Positions 24,754-27,580 of a stretch of 27,580 bases of DNA are shown piece by piece (the stretch's first letter is position 1; every line of letters begins with the position of its first letter). The notes below the pieces were generated by a model, which saw only the letters and a list, made by a program, of their open reading frames with translations, was not told where the DNA came from and did not search any database. The position numbers and the translations under genes were made by a program. The DNA is from an uncultured Bacteriovoracaceae bacterium (GTDB taxonomy: Bacteria > Bdellovibrionota > Bacteriovoracia > Bacteriovoracales > Bacteriovoracaceae), in assembly GCA_964012805.1 (NCBI GenBank), contig CAXGUD010000046.1, positions 1-27,580 on the forward strand, given 5' to 3'.

Positions 24754-27380
24754 ATTCTCTCTTCAAACCATTTAGCAAGTTCACCACTTTGGACAAGGTC
24801 AAACATTTTTGAGACATCTTCAATTTTTGATCCTCCACCTTGGGCAAAAACAGGCTTCCCACCTCCCTTACCTTCAATCGGAGTCAAAATTTTTCTTAAA
24901 AGGTCGGATGCATTAACCTTTTTGGAAAGTTCCTTCTTAACCCACACAAAGGTTCGGACAGACTTTTCCTCTACCCCAACAAGAGTCACAATATCCTGTT
25001 CACCCTTATCTATAAGTTGGTCACCAAGAGTCTTAAGTGCATTCTTATCCTGATCAAGTCTGGCCATCATAAACTTGGCACTATTTTTAAGAGTAAGGTT
25101 AAGATTTTCTTTATATTCAACTGAAGAGGAAGAAACATTCTCCCTGGCTTTTTTCTTCTCTTTAGACTTCTTTTGAAGTTGGGAAATAGAGTTAACAATA
25201 TCCTCTGGCTTTGCCGCTAACATTTTACTTGCTTGCTTTACAATCTTTGATCGACTTTGAAGCAATTTGAAAGCTTCAGCACCCGTTACGGCTTCAATTC
25301 TTCTTATCCCTTTCGCCACACTACTTTCAGAAGTAATAACAAAAAGTCCAATTTCACCTGTCGAAGGCACATGGGTTCCTCCACAAAGCTCAACAGAGTT
25401 TTCACCAAAAGTAACCACTCGAACTTTCTCTTCGTAATTCTCTCCAAAAAGAGCAAGAGCCCCAGCTTCAAGAGCGTCTCTATATTCTAGAACCTCAGTT
25501 TTTCCACTTGAGTTCTCTCTAATCCACTCATTAACAATATTTTCTATTTTTTCAATTTCTTCTTCAGTCAACGCCTTATTGTTTTGAAAATCAAAACGAA
25601 GCCTCTCATGATTAACAGCAGATCCTTTTTGAAGAGCATGCTTTCCGACAACTGCATGGAGAGCTGAATGAAGTAAATGGGTAGCTGAGTGGTTATTTCT
25701 TGTTTGAACTCTTGTGTCTTTATCTACAGAAAGTTTCACCTCTTCACCAATATTCATTTTTCCTTCTGTCATTTTGGCCTTGTGAAGATGAATCTTTTCC
25801 CACTTAATTGTATCAACAATTTCAGCTTTGCCTGAACCTGCTTCCACCCACCCAAAGTCCCCTGCTTGACCACCTGATTCGGCATAAAAAGGAGTCTGAT
25901 GGCAAACTAAAAGAAATTCATCATTATTCTTTACTTCAGAGACCTCATCGCCTTGGGAAAACATTTTAAGAACTTTTCCCTTATCTTCCATCTTTTCATA
26001 ACCGAGAAAGGAGGTGGCTTCTAAACCTTTAAGGGAAGATGCTAATTTTTCATCACTCGCTCCGCCAGCACCGGAGGTTGACTTAACAACTCTTGAGACT
26101 GAACGGTGTTTTTCATAAGCCTTTTCATAGGCATCTTGATCAAGGTTTAACCCCTTTTCGTTTAACTCTGAAAAAATCACATCTAGGGGTAAACCAAATG
26201 TGGTTACAAGATCAAAGGCAACCTCGCCTGGGAAAGTCTTGCCTTTTAAGTTTTCGCAAGCGTCTTCAATTTTATCTAGGCCCTTTCTTACGATAGGCAT
26301 GAAGTCAGTAATTTCCGTATTAATTTGATGGTAGACGTACTCACTATTTGATTTTATCTGAGGGTAAATCGGAGCAAGGATTTCTATAACTTTCCCAACC
26401 ACCTCATCAAAATTAACTTTCTCTACCTTACCCTTAACAAGTGCTGCTATACACTTTCTTAAAAGGCGGCGAGGAATATAGCCTTGTCCCTCATTTCCTG
26501 GCGCGACCCCTTCAGCTATAATAAAAGTCGCAGCTCTTAAATGATCTGTTAGCATTCTGCCAGTTGGCATATCCACTTTATATAATTTAAGACAGAGATC
26601 AAGGATGGGCTTTAAAAGATCAGTTTCATAAACACTTTCAAAGCCATTCATGATCATGGCCATTCTTTCTAGCCCAGAGCCTGTATCAACACTCTTTAGG
26701 GGCAAAGAGGTAAAAGTTCCGTCGGCATTTTTATTAAGCTCCATAAAAACGCCTGCATTCCAAATCTCTATATACCTTTTAGTCGTATCAAACTCTTGGC
26801 CTGGCTCCCATGCAGGACCAAACTCATCGCCACAATCATAGAAGACTTCAGTACAAGGGCCACATGGTCCCGTTTCACCAGCGGGTCCCCAAAAATTATC
26901 TTCCCCTAATTGAATGATATGAGCTGGGTCTATTCCAACTTTTTCCCATGCTTTTGCTGAAACAAGGTCAGCATCCAAACCTAAAGACTTACTTCCTTCA
27001 TAGACAGTGACGTAGAGCCTTTTTTTATCAAAACCAAGCCTATCAACAAGAAGTTCGTACGCAAGCTCAACGGCTTTTTCCTTGTAATAGTCTCCAATTG
27101 ACCAGCTTCCGAGCATTTCAAAAATTGTCAAATGATGACGGTCACCAACATCGTCAATATCTTTTGTTCTGATGCATGGTTGAAAATTACAGAGGCGTGG
27201 CGAAGGAGGCTCTTCTTTTCCTAAAAAGTACTTTTTAAGAGGGGCCATCCCTGAGTTTATAAAAAGAAGGGTTGGGTCATTATGAGGAACAACTGAAGAT
27301 CCACTAATTTTAAGGTGACTCTTTTCCTCGAAAAACTGAATAAACCTCTTTCTAATTTCCAGACTCGATAACTTTTCCAT
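24750..27380 (-). CDS. alaS: Alanine--tRNA ligase, full length but sequence-atypical
   Basis: DPTLLF, QPCIRT, FEMLG, GPCGPCTE, EIWN, DTGSGLER, TPFYAESGGQ, editing HSATHLLH...ELCGGTH, C-Ala GGG...AQGGG. Confidence 0.95.
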   Translation of the reverse strand: MEKLSSLEIRKRFIQFFEEKSHLKISGSSVVPHNDPTLLFINSGMAPLKKYFLGKEEPPSPRLCNFQPCIRTKDIDDVGDRHHLTIFEMLGSWSIGDYYKEKAVELAYELLVDRLGFDKKRLYVTVYEGSKSLGLDADLVSAKAWEKVGIDPAHIIQLGEDNFWGPAGETGPCGPCTEVFYDCGDEFGPAWEPGQEFDTTKRYIEIWNAGVFMELNKNADGTFTSLPLKSVDTGSGLERMAMIMNGFESVYETDLLKPILDLCLKLYKVDMPTGRMLTDHLRAATFIIAEGVAPGNEGQGYIPRRLLRKCIAALVKGKVEKVNFDEVVGKVIEILAPIYPQIKSNSEYVYHQINTEITDFMPIVRKGLDKIEDACENLKGKTFPGEVAFDLVTTFGLPLDVIFSELNEKGLNLDQDAYEKAYEKHRSVSRVVKSTSGAGGASDEKLASSLKGLEATSFLGYEKMEDKGKVLKMFSQGDEVSEVKNNDEFLLVCHQTPFYAESGGQAGDFGWVEAGSGKAEIVDTIKWEKIHLHKAKMTEGKMNIGEEVKLSVDKDTRVQTRNNHSATHLLHSALHAVVGKHALQKGSAVNHERLRFDFQNNKALTEEEIEKIENIVNEWIRENSSGKTEVLEYRDALEAGALALFGENYEEKVRVVTFGENSVELCGGTHVPSTGEIGLFVITSESSVAKGIRRIEAVTGAEAFKLLQSRSKIVKQASKMLAAKPEDIVNSISQLQKKSKEKKKARENVSSSSVEYKENLNLTLKNSAKFMMARLDQDKNALKTLGDQLIDKGEQDIVTLVGVEEKSVRTFVWVKKELSKKVNASDLLRKILTPIEGKGGGKPVFAQGGGSKIEDVSKMFDLVQSGELAKWFEERI

Positions 27381-27403
27381 GCTCTTCCTTTATGGGAGAC
27401 CCC

Positions 27404-27580
27404 CTAAAGGTCTCGCAGCTTTTTCCTAAGAACCTTGCCAATATTTGTCCTAGGAATAGCTTTAATAAATTCTATGTGCTCGGGAGCTTTACCGCCCTTT
27501 AAGTGTGTATCGCAATATAATCTAAGCTCATCTTCCGTTAAAGAAAAATCTTTCTTTACAACAAAAATTTTTACTACCTG
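27404..27580 (-). CDS. 3' end of an AMP-dependent acyl-CoA synthetase/ligase (FadD-like), partial
   Basis: Not in the ORF track. My translation: QVVKIFVVKKDFSLTEDELRLYCDTHLKGGKAPEHIEFIKAIPRTNIGKVLRKKLRDL*, an AMP-binding C-terminal domain with the A10 lysine (PRTNIGK). Confidence 0.9.
   Translation of the reverse strand, partial: QVVKIFVVKKDFSLTEDELRLYCDTHLKGGKAPEHIEFIKAIPRTNIGKVLRKKLRDL

Noticed and set aside
1375..26841. Short overlapping ORFs in the track (starts 1375, 2276, 3743, 7210, 7451, 7500, 7801, 8005, 9479, 9991, 10355, 13578, 15171, 15525, 20268, 22379, 24135, 25257, 26093, 26650)
   Set aside because: Antisense or off-frame shadows of well-supported genes, with no recognisable motifs.

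Overview
AT-rich bacterial chromosomal segment, mostly core genes. The gene content and protein style suggest a predatory Bdellovibrionota (Bacteriovoracia/Halobacteriovorax-like) genome; this is inference only. Left to right: a partial two-TM sensor-like gene, a ZAS anti-sigma and divergent ECF sigma pair, gshB, an HEXXH lipoprotein aminopeptidase, a beta-barrel OMP, miaB, a 96-aa histone-H1/Hc2-like Lys-Ala repeat protein, clpA-clpS, a TerB protein, the lptC(A)-lptB-rpoN-hpf operon, mutS, an RDD protein, aspS, DUF192, an FtsB/DivIC-like protein with a long disordered N-terminus, yggT, tRNA-Arg(CCT), a REC-HisKA-HATPase kinase with an OmpR regulator, a macrodomain protein, DUF420, an atypical alaS and the 3' end of an AMP-dependent acyl-CoA ligase. 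I saw no CRISPR array, integrase or transposase. Best leads: (1) two equally spaced sigma28/FliA-like promoters precede the H1-like protein and an RDD membrane protein whose tail has a beta-clamp-motif-like QLELF, a candidate non-replicative (attack-phase) chromosome-silencing module; (2) the AlaRS has Thr where the G3:U70-reading Asp is expected and follows an adenylate-forming ligase; (3) the FtsB-like protein has ~235 aa of charge-patterned disorder; (4) a single LptC-LptA-like protein; (5) several probably leaderless genes and three proteins ending in [K/R]AS.
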